Positions 1 through 13,400 of a DNA stretch of 64,000 nt are shown here, piece after piece. Each line of letters opens with the position of its first letter. Position 1 is the first letter of the stretch. The stretch spans positions 139,314,001-139,378,000 of the forward strand of contig NC_059429.1 of the NCBI RefSeq assembly GCF_021028975.2, given 5' to 3'. The notes beneath the pieces were generated by a model. That model saw nothing but the letters and a program-made list of their open reading frames with translations. It did not search any database and was not told the DNA's origin. The position numbers were made by a program, and so were the translations under genes. The stretch is from Sphaerodactylus townsendi (Eukaryota).

Positions 1-1430
1 GAGGCTGGAGAACGTGTGCCAAGCGCTCGCATCCACGCCCTGCTGCCCCCCCCCCCATTAAACCTCTGCAGAGCAGTCGTCCGCCCCCCCCCCCGCTTTG
101 TCTGGAGAGTCTTGGCTGGCGGGGGGGGGGAGTCTTGCTGGGCGCCTCCTGGGCTTCTCCTGCCCTTCAGCGCCCAAAGGGCGGGGGGGGGGCACCTGCG
201 AGGCTTCAGCTCCGCACCCAGCGCAAGAGGCGCCCCCTGCCGGCCGGCCGGCCTGCCACCATACAGGTGGATGAAGACGAGGCTCGCGGGGGGGGGGGGT
301 GCCGTGCGCAGAAGGCCCTGCAGGCGGCGCTGCGGAGGCGGCTCAAGGCACGAGGCCGGTCGCCGGGCTGCGCGCGCACCTTCCCCGTTTCCCGCGCGGG
401 AGAGGCAGGCGGGCAGGGAGGGAGACGCCATCATGTCGCCCTCCGCTTCGGGCCGCCGCGCGCGGGAATCGCCTCGGGACGCCGCCCCGCCCCCGTCCCC
501 GCCCCCTCGCCGCCGCCCGCCCGCCCAGTGAGTGGCGACCCCGCGGGGGAGGGGAGGGGAGGGGAGGGGCGGCGGCCTCCGGGGGCCCCGATTCATCCCC
601 CCCCTCCCCCCCTCCGCCAGGGACCGGCCCGACAGCAGCAGCAGCAGCAGCGCCGAGGAGGAGGAGGAGGAGGAGGAGGAAGGCTGGAGCGGCTCCGGCA
701 GCGACTTCGAGGAGACCCTCCGCGGCCAGGCCGGCAAGCGGCGCCCCCGGGCGGCCCTCGCGCCGCAGCAACGGGTGGGTGGGTGGGCGGGCGGGCGGGC
801 GGGCGGGCCCCGGGGGGGGAGTGGCAGAGGCAGGGGGCTCCCGGGACCCCAATGCAGAGGGCGGCAGCCGGCTCCCGCCCCCCTCCCGGCTGCGGAGCCC
901 AGCGGTTGACTGCGCCTGGCTGTGGAGGCTCGCCTGAGGGTGGTCGCGTGGAGCAGCAGCAGCAGCAGCAGCCCCGGAGGAGCCGTCTCTGGCCTGGGGC
1001 ATCTGCCCGACGAGGCCGCCCCACAGGAAGGAAGGAAGGAAGGAAGGAAGGGGCAGGGCAGGCCTCGCCCCCGGCCCCGCTGCTGGACTCCCCCCACGGG
1101 GCCCTCGGCCGGCCTTCCCAACACAGACTGTCACTGAGCGCCGCAGGAACACGTCATCTCCATCCCCCCCCCCCCCTGGCAGCGGCAGGGAAGCCCCCGA
1201 GGGGCCGGGAGGGGCCCCCAGGCCTGGCAGCGCGGCTGCCCCCCCCCCGCGGCACCCGGGGAAGGGGGCTCCGGCCGTGACACCCTGCAGAGCTTCCCCA
1301 CTGCCCCAGCCCCCCCCCCCCCCCCCCCGGGGGGGGGGGGGGGGGCCCCGCGGCGTCGGCAGCCCTCGCGTGCAGCAGTGCAGGGAGGTGTGCTGTCGAG
1401 GGCTTCCGCGGCCGCAGTCGCCGGGGGGGG
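1..1430. promoter_or_regulatory. CpG island spanning the STAG3 promoter and first two coding exons
   Basis: Very GC- and CpG-rich. TTTCCCGC at 388-395, palindromic TCCCGCGCGGGA at 390-401, Kozak-like GCCATCATG at 427-435. Confidence 0.7.
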
Positions 1431-4400
1431 GGGGGTTTTCCGGGTTGCGTGGCCGTGTGCCGGTGGCGTTCCCTCCTGACGATCCCCTGAAGATGCTGCC
1501 AGCCACGGATGCAGGCGGAACGTCAGGAGGAAATGCTACTGGGACACGGCCACCATGCAGCCCGGGAAACCCACAGCTCCTTGGCGTGGGGAGAGGGGTG
1601 GCTTCTGCTGCTCAGCCCCCCATTCCCTCCCCCTCGTTCTCCAGGGAGCCAAGCGGCTGCGCAAGGATGCCCCCCACGGCGTGGGAGCTCAGCCACCCAC
1701 TGGAGCCGGGAACCTCTTTGAGGCGGTGAAGCTGGGCAGAAGCGTCATGGAGGTGAGGCCACGGGTGGAGCAAGAGCTCTCCTGGTGGGGGGGGGGGGGG
1801 CTGGAGCCACGTGCAGTGGGAGTGGGCCCGAATGCCACCCCCTCAAGACTGTGCGGAGAGTGGTGGGCTGTGGGAGCTGCCCCTGCTTGCAGGCTCAGCC
1901 AGGAATGCCGTCCTGCCCGCTCTGGCCAAGGGCCCCGCAGAGACAGCCCTGCCTGGACTTCCTTCCCTGAGTCCGCCTGCAAGAACAGCGGGAGGCGGGC
2001 CAGGTCTTGCTCTGAGGGCTGCAGCCACTGGCGTTCCTCTGTGCTGGGCGCAGGGCTGGAGAGGAGAGGGGGGCCCTGGCACCCAACCTTTGCAGTGCTG
2101 GCCAGGGGCCCCTTCCCATTTTGGCTGGCAGAGGAAAAAGGGGAAGTCTTGCGTGCAGAATGACCTGGAGCCGCTGGCCTGCTCCTGCCCCCCCCCCCCT
2201 TTCATCACTCTGCGCTGTTATGTGACTGTTTCTTGTTCCAGCTTTCAGAGGGCCGCAGAGGGGGCGAGAGACCACCCTGGATGTGTTCTGGGAAGAAGTG
2301 CCAAGCTTAAGAGGACAGCACAAAGGGGAGGGGGTGGGTGGGCTGCAGAGCAAAAGGGGCAGAAGCGGAAAGGATGTGGGGACACAGAGGTAGTTGCAGG
2401 CAGGACTCCCTTGGGCACGTCGCCGCCGTGCTCTCCCCACCCGTTCCTCTGTTGCCTTCTTTCCTTTCCCCAAACAATTCCAGACTGTGGTTGACGAGTG
2501 GCTGGAGAGCTACAAGGAGGACCGGGAATTGGGTTTCTTGGAATTGGTCAACTTTCTGGTGCAGTCCTGTGGCTGCAGAGGTGAGTCCTGGGCGTGGCGG
2601 GTGTGTCCTGCTGCCGTCTGCTCTGCTTCCTCCCTGCTTGCAATCTCAACTTGTTTGCAGTGTTGCTCTCTCATCTTTGAGGCATCAGGTCTCCTGGATG
2701 AAGAAGCTCTTCTCAAGGGATTGATTCAGGACAAAGGACAAAACTTCGGAGCTGAATGTGTGAAATTAGTGCTAAGAGACAGACAGCGAACGCATAAGGA
2801 GGCCGCCTCATCCTGAGCCAGACCCTTGGGCTGCCAAGGCCAGCGCTGCCCACTCTCTCGCATCAGCTTCTGCCCGGCCCTTTCAGCTGGAGAGGCTGCT
2901 GGGGCTTGAACCTGCGGCCTTCTGCAGGGCCAAGCAGAGGTTCTTCTGCTAAGCCGCAGCCCCTCCCCCGTGGTGGCTTCCTTTGTCTATTTTTGCAGTC
3001 AGGTCACAACTGACTTGCAGCAGCCCTGTAGGGCTTTCGAGGCAGGAGATGTTTGGATGCGCGGGACCACGGCCTGCCTCCGCATCACAACCTTGGCATT
3101 CCGTGGAGGTCTCCTTTCCAAATACTAACCAGGGTCAGGGTGGGGAGGATGTGGCTGGCCCACGGTCAAGCTTCCAGAGTACAAATGGGGTTTTTGAACT
3201 GGGGCTTCCCAGGTTCTCACCCAGGGCCTTGACCACTACACCACCTGGCTCTCGCTGGCGGCTGTTAATCCCGCTCCTCTTCTAGAGAACAGGGTGCTAG
3301 TGCTTTCCTTTCACATCAGGCTTGTGTGGGGAGGTTAGGCCGAGAGGATACCTGGCCCAAGGTGAGCCTTGCAGCAGAGTGAACCTGGCCCGTTCTGATT
3401 TGGCTGAGCTGCATCCCAAGGGTGGGGCACACGGCCCCAGGATGTGGAAGAGGCCTGAGGACATTCTGGGAAAGCCCTTCTGTCTCCCTTCCATTTCTTT
3501 CTGGAGCTTGGGTGTGCGGCTTGTGCCTGCCAAGTGCCATTTTCTTTATTCAAATGTGTGTATGGTACTTTCCTCCCTAGCTCCCAAATTGTTGCGGCTG
3601 ATATGCCAACGTCCCTGCGTGACAGCTTGGTTGTATCAAATGTAGAAACAAAGGGCGGGACAAACTTAACTCTTATCAAACTAGAATTAGTACCTAATTT
3701 AAGAATTTTCTACAACCGAGGCATGGTAGGATTTTTCCATAGTAGAATTGGGCATGATTGGCACATTGCATAATATTCTTTAACAGGATATGACTGCGTG
3801 AAAGACCTAAATGCCAATTTTAAACAGCTCTGTTAACAGTTGGTCTCAAAAAACGTTATAATTGTAATTTGTGACCTGGTAGCTAAACATTGTATTATTG
3901 TATTACTTTTGACCACTGAGAAAACCAGTTGGCTGAAATGTATCTGCTTGTAAGGGTCAAAAAAGTGTCCCATAGGATCCTGTGGCCGTAATGGTGATTT
4001 TGTGAGCATATGGCAGGCTATCATGGTCTTTTTATAAATGTAGATGATTTTAATTTGAAATAAAAACATGTGTTTTTGATACTTAGCAGTTTTACATGTA
4101 GTGGCCCCTTGAATTACTTCTTGACCTTTAAGGTACTTAATGTATCAAGTGCAGCTCAAGGAATTTGGGCCGGCATTGAGCTGTGTCTCTCCCTGGCAGG
4201 GGTGGTGACCCACGAAATGCTGAAGAGCCTCCAGAACTCCCAGATCATCCAGCAGCTGACACAGTCCTTTCATGAGGTGAGAGCCAACGGAGCAGATAAA
4301 GTCCAAACAGATGCACTTTGTTGTGGTTCCATCCCATGGAGACCCAGCTGAGCCCCCTCCCCCTTCTCCCCCCAGGACTCGGCAGAGTACCCGCTTTCCC

Positions 4401-7400
4401 TGAGCACCTTGGTCTGGCGGCGCTTCCAGAGGGGGTTCTGTGAGCTGATAGCCGTTCTCATCCACCGCACCCAATATGATGTTGTGTATGATGAATACCT
4501 GATGGACAGCCTCGTTGCCCTCCTGACTGGCATGTCCGACTCTCAAGTGCGAGCCTTCCGCCATACCAGTACCCTGGCAGGTAGGAGCTGGGTCTCTGTC
4601 GAGCTGGGGTGGGCCACGTGGCTCTGGCGAGCTGGAGTTGGTTGAGAGGACTTGGGTTTGCCTGTTTTCCTTCTTCTGCAGCCATGAAACTGATGACAGG
4701 CCTGGTGCGCGTGGCTCTGAGTGTCAGCCTGCAGAAAGACAACAGTCAGCGGCAGTATGAAGCCGAGCGGGCCAAGGGGCTTGGCCGCCGGGCCCCGGAG
4801 AAGCTGGAAGGGCTGCTGGAGCAGCGCAGGGAGGTGACTTGGGGATGAGGGAGCAGGAGGGCCACTCTGCAGTGGGTTCTGGGGACATGCTGGGCCCTGC
4901 CAGTGTAGCTCTTGGTCTCAAGAGGGGGTGCACGTTCTTGATGCCCCTTGTGATCTCTTCCAACTCTATGATTCTATGCAATCCAGAGAGTGCTGCCTCT
5001 GTTCTACCTATTGCTAGTGTTTGTTGCTCTGGGCTCTTCCGTGCACACCCAGCAGCATGCACGCTGTCCCCCTGAGGGGCCGTCACAGGCCACTGGGGAG
5101 CCCATGAGTGCTGTCCCAGTGGAGTAGTGCTGACTGAGTGGGACTGGCATGATTAGCATTGTCCACTGAGTACGTTCTTCAGTCATGTGAGGGGTGCTGA
5201 TAGGAAGGAGGGAGAGAGCGAAGGACTATCTCAGGTGTTCCTCTGAAACCATCTGAGCTGATCACCCCGCCTGTCTCTTCTGCCATGGAATTGGCCAGCC
5301 CAGTCTCGAGGGCCTGCTGGCTACCATGCAGCCGTGCCGCACTGCAGGCACCTCTAGTCGCCATCCTGAGTGCGTTCCACAGAGAGAGGAAGCTTACAGC
5401 CACACCCCTCCCTCCACTAGGGCTGGACTGCCTAGTGAGCATGTCAGAGTCCCTGCCAGCACCCACCGATTTGTGGAGGGGAGCGCTCTCAGTGGCTGAA
5501 GTGAAGCCCCGTATCCATTGGCATCAAACCTCTGGTTCCCAGGGATTGGAGAAGTGTCAGATTTATTTATTTTAAACATTTTTATACTGCCTTTCCACTC
5601 AATCAGAGTCCAGAAGGTTGCACGCATAAAAATACTGAAACCATTGAAAATAAAGTCTATCGGTATGAAATAATTCGGACAAAACACATTAGCTGCACCA
5701 GAAGGAGAGCCAGTGGCTGTTATTGGGAGGATGCCAGCCACAAGGACAGAAAACTAATCTCCATCTGCTGGCCAAATGCGCTGCGGGAGGGAGACCAATA
5801 GATTTCCCTGGGGAGGGAGCTCCATGACGGAGGAGGCCCTTTCCCAGGTGGCTGCCTGTCCAGCCTCATATCGGCCTCACAAGTAGGTCCTCCAACGGTG
5901 ACCGGAGTGAGTGGGCAAGTTCCTACGGGACAAGGCAGCCCTTGCGATATTTTGGTCCCAGGCCATTCAGAGCTTTAAAGGTCAGCCCTGGCACTATCAA
6001 TTGGACCTAGAAGCAAACTGGAAGCCAGTGTAAGTCCTGTGTTACAAATTTACTAGAGTTCTTTGAGGGTGTAAACAGGCATGTGGATAAGGGGGAACCA
6101 GTGGACATTGTCTACTTGGATTTCCAAAAGGCTTTTGACAAAGTTCCTCACCAGAGACTATTGAGAAAACTCAGCAATCAAGGAATAAGAGGGGAAGTCC
6201 TCCTATGGATTAAAAACTGGTTGAGGAACAGGAAACAAAGGGTGGGTGTAAATGGATGTAGTGAGTGGGGTCCCCAAGGATCCGTTTTGGGACCAGTGCT
6301 CTTTACCCTACTCATAAATGACCTGGAAGTAGGGGTGGGTAGCATGGTGGCCAAGTTTGCAGGTGATACCAAATTATGTAGGGTGGTGAGAACCGCAGAG
6401 GATTGTGAAGAGCTCCAAGTGGACCTTGATAAATTAGGTAAGTGGGCTAAGAAATGGCAAATGCAGTTCAATGTAGCAAAATGTAAAGTGATGCACATAG
6501 GGGCAAAAAAATCCAAACTTCACATACACACTACAGCGGTCAGTGCTATCAGTCACAGACCAGGAAAGGGATTTGGGCATTGTAGTTGATAGTTCCATGG
6601 GAATGTCAACTCAATGCACGACAGCTGTGAAAAAGGCAAACTCTATGCTGGGGATCATTAGGAAAGGAATTGATAATGAAACTGCAAAGATTGTCATGCC
6701 CTTATATAAAGCAGTGGTGCGACCGCACTTGGAGCACTGTGTTCAATTCTGGTCGCCACATCTCAAAAAGGATATCGGAGAGATAGAAAAAGTGCAGAGA
6801 AGGGCAACGAGGATGATTGAGGGACTGGAGCACCTTCCTTATGAGGAGAGGCTGCAGCGTTTGGGACTTTAGTTTGGAGAGGAGACGTCTGAGGGGGGAT
6901 ATGATTGAAGTCTATAAAATTATGCATGGGGTAGAAAATGTTGACAGAGAGAAATTTTTCTGTCTCTCTCACAATACTAGAACCAGGGGGCATTCATTGA
7001 AAATGCTGGGGGGAAGAATTAGGACTAATAAAAGGAAACACTTCTTCACGCAACGTGTGATTGGTGTTTGGAATATGCGGCCACAGGAGGTGGTGATGGC
7101 CACTAACCTGGATAGCTTTAAAAGGGGCTTGGACAGATTTATGGAGGAGAAGTCGATCTCTGGCTACCAATCTTGATCCTCCTTGATCTCAGATTGCAAA
7201 TGCCTTAGCAGACCAGGTGCTCGGGAGCAGCAGCAGAAAGCCATTGCTTTCACCTCCTGCCTGTGAGCTCCCAAAGGCACCTGGTGGGCCACTGCGAGTA
7301 GCTGGACTAGATGGACTCTGGTCTGATCCAACTGGCTTGTTCTTATGTAAGTGGACAAGACTGGTGTGGGATGACCTGCTGCACTCTGGCTGCAGCTTTC

Positions 7401-10400
7401 TGTTCCAGTTGTAGCGTCTGTACATCTTCAAGGGCAGTCCCACAAGGAGCACGATGCAGAAACCTAATCAGGATGTTACCAGCATATGCACCACAGTGGC
7501 AAGATCTTCTCTGCCGCTTGAGGGGGAGAGCAACCTCATCCAGAACAGGTGCAACACATTTCCTGAGTCAGACGTTCCTCCCACTGGTAGCACCTCTGTC
7601 TTGCTGGGATTACATTTCAGCTCAACCCCAACCTCAGTCTATTTCAAAACTGCCTCCAGCCCCCTGTGCCCAGTGCTCACAGCCAGCCTCCCTGGGATCT
7701 GCGGGTAGCGTGAGATAGAGCGACTTGTCATCTGCATATTGATTGACAGCTCAGATCTCTGAGTGACCTCTTCAGGTTTGTGGGGCTCACTCAGCCTCTG
7801 TCCTTTCCAGTGGCCCTCCAGGGTAAATGGGGGGCTCCTGTGCAGGACGGCCTGCTGGCCTGTATGTTCTGGGACCCATATCCCCCCAGTTTCCTTCTAC
7901 CAGTCTGCGCAGTTGTGTGTGTGATTCATTGAAAAGGACGTGTGTGTCCCCCCAGTCGACACGGCTACGGCTCTTTGCAAGGGGCAGTTCCATCCTTTGC
8001 CCTGTACATTTCCCCTCAAATCAATCCTCTGCCCCTCCCTTCAGTTTTGTGGGGCGGGGGGAGAAAGGCACTCTTTTGCTTTAGGAAGATGGCATGGGGG
8101 AATAAATAGTTCAGCTCCCCCTTCTTTCAGCACTGTGGCAAAACAGTATGTCCCCCCCTCCCCCAACCCTCCCTGCTTTTAGATTAACGTGACAAATGAA
8201 AAGGTGATCACCAGTTTTCTCAAATAAAGAGCTGGGTTGATCATTCTTGGCTGGATTCATGTAGGAGAAATTTAAAGGTATATTTTTAATTCCTGTTTCA
8301 CATGTCTTGTCTTCCTGTAAATTTGTATTCTGTTCCGCTATAACTGGACAGTTGGTTGGTCAATGTCTGTCTCTTCTTGCAACCTGCCTCATCTTCTAGT
8401 TCCAGGAGAAACAGGAAGAGCTGGAGAACTTGATGAATGCCATCTTCAAGGGGATATTTGTTCACCGCTATCGGTGAGTTGGGCGGGGCTGAGGGCAGAG
8501 CAGGAGTCCAGAGAACCAGCCTCAACACTCACACCTGGCTGTCTGTCTGTCAAGGGACGTCATACCTGAAATCCGCTCCATTTGCATGGAGGAGATGGGC
8601 CAGTGGATGCAGCACTATAGCGCCTCCTTCCTGACTGACGGCTACCTCAAGTACCTCGGCTGGACACTCCATGACAAGGTGGGCATTCCCTATTGGACAG
8701 AGGGTGCTCTGAGGGGCCTCTGGGTGGGGTGTCTGTCACGCTGGTGTGGGCAGGGTTTTGTCTGGGGCTGCCTGCTTGTCGACAGGTAGCTTTTAGGTGC
8801 AGGTACTTGCCTCTTTGCCACCACTTTCTGTGGTCCACGCAAGGTCCAGCCAGAGAAGTTTGTCTTTCACGTGTTTGGTCGTACTGTCATTCGGAGGAAG
8901 TGATAAACCGCAGGAGGGATTCCAGCTGCTCATTTTCTCCAGACTTAAGCACAAACGAGAGCTGGACTTCTTACTTCCCAAGGGCAGGGGTGCCTGGCAA
9001 ATAGGTTTGGGGACAGTTGCATCAGAGGTGATCTGCTAACCTTTTCAAGAATGTGCGTCCTTTGGCTTCGATCTAGCTGCTGCATGGCGCACGAAACAGG
9101 AATAGTGTGCCTCTCAATGTCACATACAGTGCGGCTTTGATTAAAGTGTGGACGGCAGGCACGGTCACAGGGGCCATTTCTGTAGGCAGGAAAATAACTG
9201 TAGTTGCCTATGCTTGCTCCCTTAATATATTTTAGTCTACCTTTATGTGGAAATGGGTTTGAGGCAAGACATATTGCTGGCCATGGTGGATAGGCGCTTG
9301 TCTAGGGTGCTGAGGGCAGAGACTCGTGTCCCAGGGGGCCACCAGCGCCAGCCACCACACCTGCATGCCGCATCCCACAGCTGGTAATGGTGGCAGCAGC
9401 CCCGAGGGAGAGGGGGCAGGGAGAAAGAGAGCCACGAGCAGCTGCTTGCCCTGCTGAGCGCCGGAGAAGCCCGGGGGGGGGGGGGGCACAAGTGGAACTG
9501 GAGGAGAAAGCCTGTCTGCTTAGCCCGTCTGCCTGCCACTGAGCCCCAGCCCTGCAAGCACCCTCTTCACCCCCTCCTTCATCCTGGCGCAGCTTTTGGA
9601 CACAACAGCAGCCCCGCTGGGGAGGCTGCCATCCTCCCACCACCCCCCTTGAGCCCCCCTCCCTCGAGCACAAACCGGCTGAGCCTGCCTCCTTCATCTG
9701 TCTGATGCTCTGATCGCCCCAATTCTGCCCCCTCCATCCCATTGTGTGCCCAACCCTGCTCTCTGCCTACTTCGCCCTTCTTGATTAACTCTTCTGCTCC
9801 GTCACTGCATGTTTCCTCCTCCACGGGTGACACTCTTCTTCGCTTTCCCCAAAGGCTGATGAAATTATCCCATAAACCTGCCCTCTTGGCAGTGCCAGCT
9901 TTATCAGTGCCTGACCTAGAGCGGGGCATGGGGTGGTGGGGGAAGCCGCAGCCTGGCTCTGCCCAGACACTCCCTAACCTATTCCCCTCCCTAGAAACTG
10001 GATTGTTTTCTGGAGTATCTTTGCAAACTAGAAAAGGGTCTTTTGCCACGTATCTTTGTTGAGTAGTTTTTCTTCCATCTCAGACTAGTTGCTAACTCCC
10101 AGTTGGGGAATTCATGGTGAGTCGCTGTCACAGCCTGAGGAGGAGGGGATTTGGGAGGGAGGTGAACTCAGCCAGGTACAATGCTGGAGAGCCCGTCCTG
10201 CACATAACGCTGTTTTTATCAGGGGAACTGATCTCTGCAGTCTAGAGCTCAGTTGAATTCTGGGGGATCTCCAGCCCCACACCTGGGGCACCACCACCTA
10301 TTCCGCCTGCCCGTGTTCTTTAAGGGTGCTGATCTGGGTCACATGGAGATCAGGCGTAATCCTGGGAGAGCTCCAGGGCCCACCTGGAGATTGGCAGCCA

Positions 10401-13400
10401 AATCTCAGGTGTACTGTGTCATAGGCAGGGAAGTTTCTTCCCAGAGGGCAGGGGTTTTATACGCAGACATTGCGCTAGTGTGTCCGTGTGGAGCTAGGCT
10501 TTGGAAACCTGTGTGGAGGTATCTCCTCCCAGCCGTGGCTCAGGCTAAGCGTACCCAGAGGGGAGGAGCCCAGATTCCCCGTCCTTTTCATCATCATCAG
10601 CAGCAGGGATTGGGACCCTTCTCCGTGATGTCATTCTCTCCACAGGGTTTTTTATCGCCCATAATCTCTCCCCTCCAGACCCCTCTTCTGACTGTCCATA
10701 AAAAACACTGTGGGTCGTTTCCTGATGTTTCTTTTCCCGCAGTGATGGTGCCGAAGAGGGTCATGTGGCGCGCACGACTGCTCTCAAGTGCTGTCTGCCC
10801 ACAGGGAAGGGAGGAACGCATCTCTGTGTAGCTTCTGAACACTTTTTCCTTGCTGTAATATTGGGGATATATCTGCCTCTGAAGCTGACCCCAGCCGGCA
10901 GTCTAACTGTAGCTGGATCTTCTGAAAACTCTTTCAGGGTAGCCACAACTGGAGCACGTTATAACCGAGGTGTGCATCACTGTGGCTAGATCTGACTGCC
11001 TCATGAATGGATGCACTTGGCAGCCAAGCCGGAACTGGGCAAACACCCTCCCAGCCACAGCTGCCGCCTAGTGTTTTCCGATGACTGCTGGGTCAAGCAG
11101 CCCTCCCAAACTGCAAACCCGGCTTCTTGACGGGAGCAGAACCCTGTCCAAGAGAGAGGAGGCCCGAAGTCCCTGGTCTGCCTCTCTAGCAACCCAGAGA
11201 ATCTCTGCCTCTGTCACCCTTATCCAGCCCGTAATTGACTCCAGGCAGTGGTTAGGAGCATTAACAGCATCCTGGGAACTGAGTGGAAAAGAAAGGCAGA
11301 CCTGGGTAACATCTGCCTATTGGTAACATTGCAGCCCATCACTCCTGATGGCCTCTCCCAGTCGCTTCAGAGATATTTAAATGTGCGTGCTGCGTGACCT
11401 CAGGTTGCTTCCAACTCAGGGTGGCCTTGTGAATCAGTATCCTCCTGCAAAGCGTTCTCTCCATAGCAGCCTTGCTCGGGTCTTGGCGACTGTGGATGAG
11501 GCTTCTGCTGTAGTTCTCCTTCCGTGCGGCCCCAGCATTCAGTGTCGGCTCGGTCGCGCCCTCGACTGTCCAAGCAGGGCTGTGGAAGCTTCTGTTCCTC
11601 CCGGAACTCCGGGGGGCTCCGTCCTGCCCCTTCTCTCCAATTCTCACAGCCCTGCACCCCAAGTTGCTCCATGATGAGATTGTTGATATGGGTGAAGAGA
11701 AAGCGAAGTTGCCTGCCTCGATGGCTGCAGGGGCAAAGCTAAAAACAAAATGAAAACCAAAGGACAAGCCTCCTCACCCTGGGGAATTCAGAGGGCAGGG
11801 GGCAACTCGTATGGGCTTGTCTGGGGTGACGGGGGTGGGACACTTGGTTCTTTTGGAGCAACTCCAACTCATTCCTTGTCACCAGGACTGGGAAGAGCGT
11901 ATTGGGACCTTCCTGACCTGCTGATACTGCGGCCAGCTGTCAAATCATCCCCTGGATGGGACTGGAGCAGCCGGGGTGGGGGTGGGGATGGCAAACTGGC
12001 TTAGCATTTGACAAGAATGCAGCTGAAGGAATTGGGGGTCCCTAGACCCCTGGAACTTTGGCCCAAGGGCCCACTGTGTGGCCAGGAGTCAAAAACCTGT
12101 TTTGGCGGGAAGCCTCAATATGGGCACTGCCACCATTTGTCGTGCTGCAGTCACTGTCCCTGCCCGCTGCCCCCCCCCCCACCATCTCCTGATTGGGCGA
12201 GAGCATTTCCCTGGGCTCCATCATAGTTAGTCCTGGGCTAGCAGATTCAAAGGGGAGTGGCGAATAGCCCAGAAACAGCCTCCCCACCTGATAGCCCCGT
12301 GAGTTGGGTGGCCAAGCGAGTGACGGAATATTCCGAGGGCAGAGCCACGGCACCCACTGTGAAGTGAGCAAGGAGATTCCCTTCACCAGATGACGATGCA
12401 GATTGTGTGTGGGGGGGAGGATTCGGGGTCCTTCTGGTCAGTTTCTTCTCCCCCCCCCCCCCACAGGGGCAAAATACTGAAAAAAGGGTCGCCACCATCA
12501 GGAGTCTGAGCGTGAGGCAGGTGTGGAGGGGGGGTCCTTCTCCGGCTGCTCTGAGGTCTGTGCCTCTGATAGGAAGGACGGAGCGTGGCCAGGAGATGGG
12601 CAGGGATCACAGGACAAAAGGCAGTGAATGTTTATGGAAGGAAGTCATTGGCTCTCCTGATTACAAAACAAACAAAGGTGGCTCTTCAGCTCCACCTGAT
12701 GACACAGCAGCATCCAAGCAAGTGGCTGGTCCTGTTCAAGGCTGCCCTTTCTCAGAGCGCTGCCCTTTCCCAGAGAGTTATCCAATGGGAGTGGACTTCT
12801 CCTGGCTACGGCCCTTTTGAATGCTGTCACTGAATGGCACTGCGCCTTGGCGGAAGAGGCCTTCGATGAGTGAAAGGGGCCCCCCAATGGTAGCCCAGTG
12901 TCCGCCTTGCAGTTTGGGGGCAGTTCTCCCCACGGCCGGTGAAAGTGCACCGAAGGACTCCTCTGACCAGAAAAACGAGGTGATGCTGAAAAGGGCCTTT
13001 GGAGCAGCCTTGCTGACCGTGCGATGATCGCTGGGCGTTCTGGCCAGCGTCTGGCCAGACAATCTGGCAAAGAGCCTGAGGTGGATCCATCTACTCCTAA
13101 GAGCTCCTCTTGAAAATTCAACGCAGTTTCCAGTTCATTGCCAAGGCATCCCAGAATGCCGTGCAGTTCTGGGCTAGGTCCCAGGCGGGGGGTCTGGGTT
13201 GGTGCGCAGGAACTGTGGCTCGAAGTCTGGAAGGCTGATAACAGGACCGAGGGCCATCTGTCGGCTTAAAGATTCCCCGGAAAACTACTCTTCCAGGACG
13301 CAGCGCTGGACAGAGGAGACAAGAAAGACGATGCCCTCGTCTTCTTCGGCTTCCTACAAGGACCGGGATCAGAGGGGCAGAGCATCGTGCTCTTTTATTT

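Noticed and set aside
271-432. In-frame upstream ATG extending STAG3 by 54 aa
   Set aside because: Weaker Kozak context, low-complexity product, and probably upstream of the TSS. It cannot be excluded without 5' data.
16-1506. Long overlapping ORFs (135-1280, 343-1506 and others)
   Set aside because: Pro/Gly/Arg/Ala-rich products of a stop-poor CpG island. Only the spliced STAG3 exons show homology.
3620-3920. AT-rich segment resembling a LINE C-terminal remnant (similar hint at 18560-18790)
   Set aside because: Too degenerate to assign to a family by eye.
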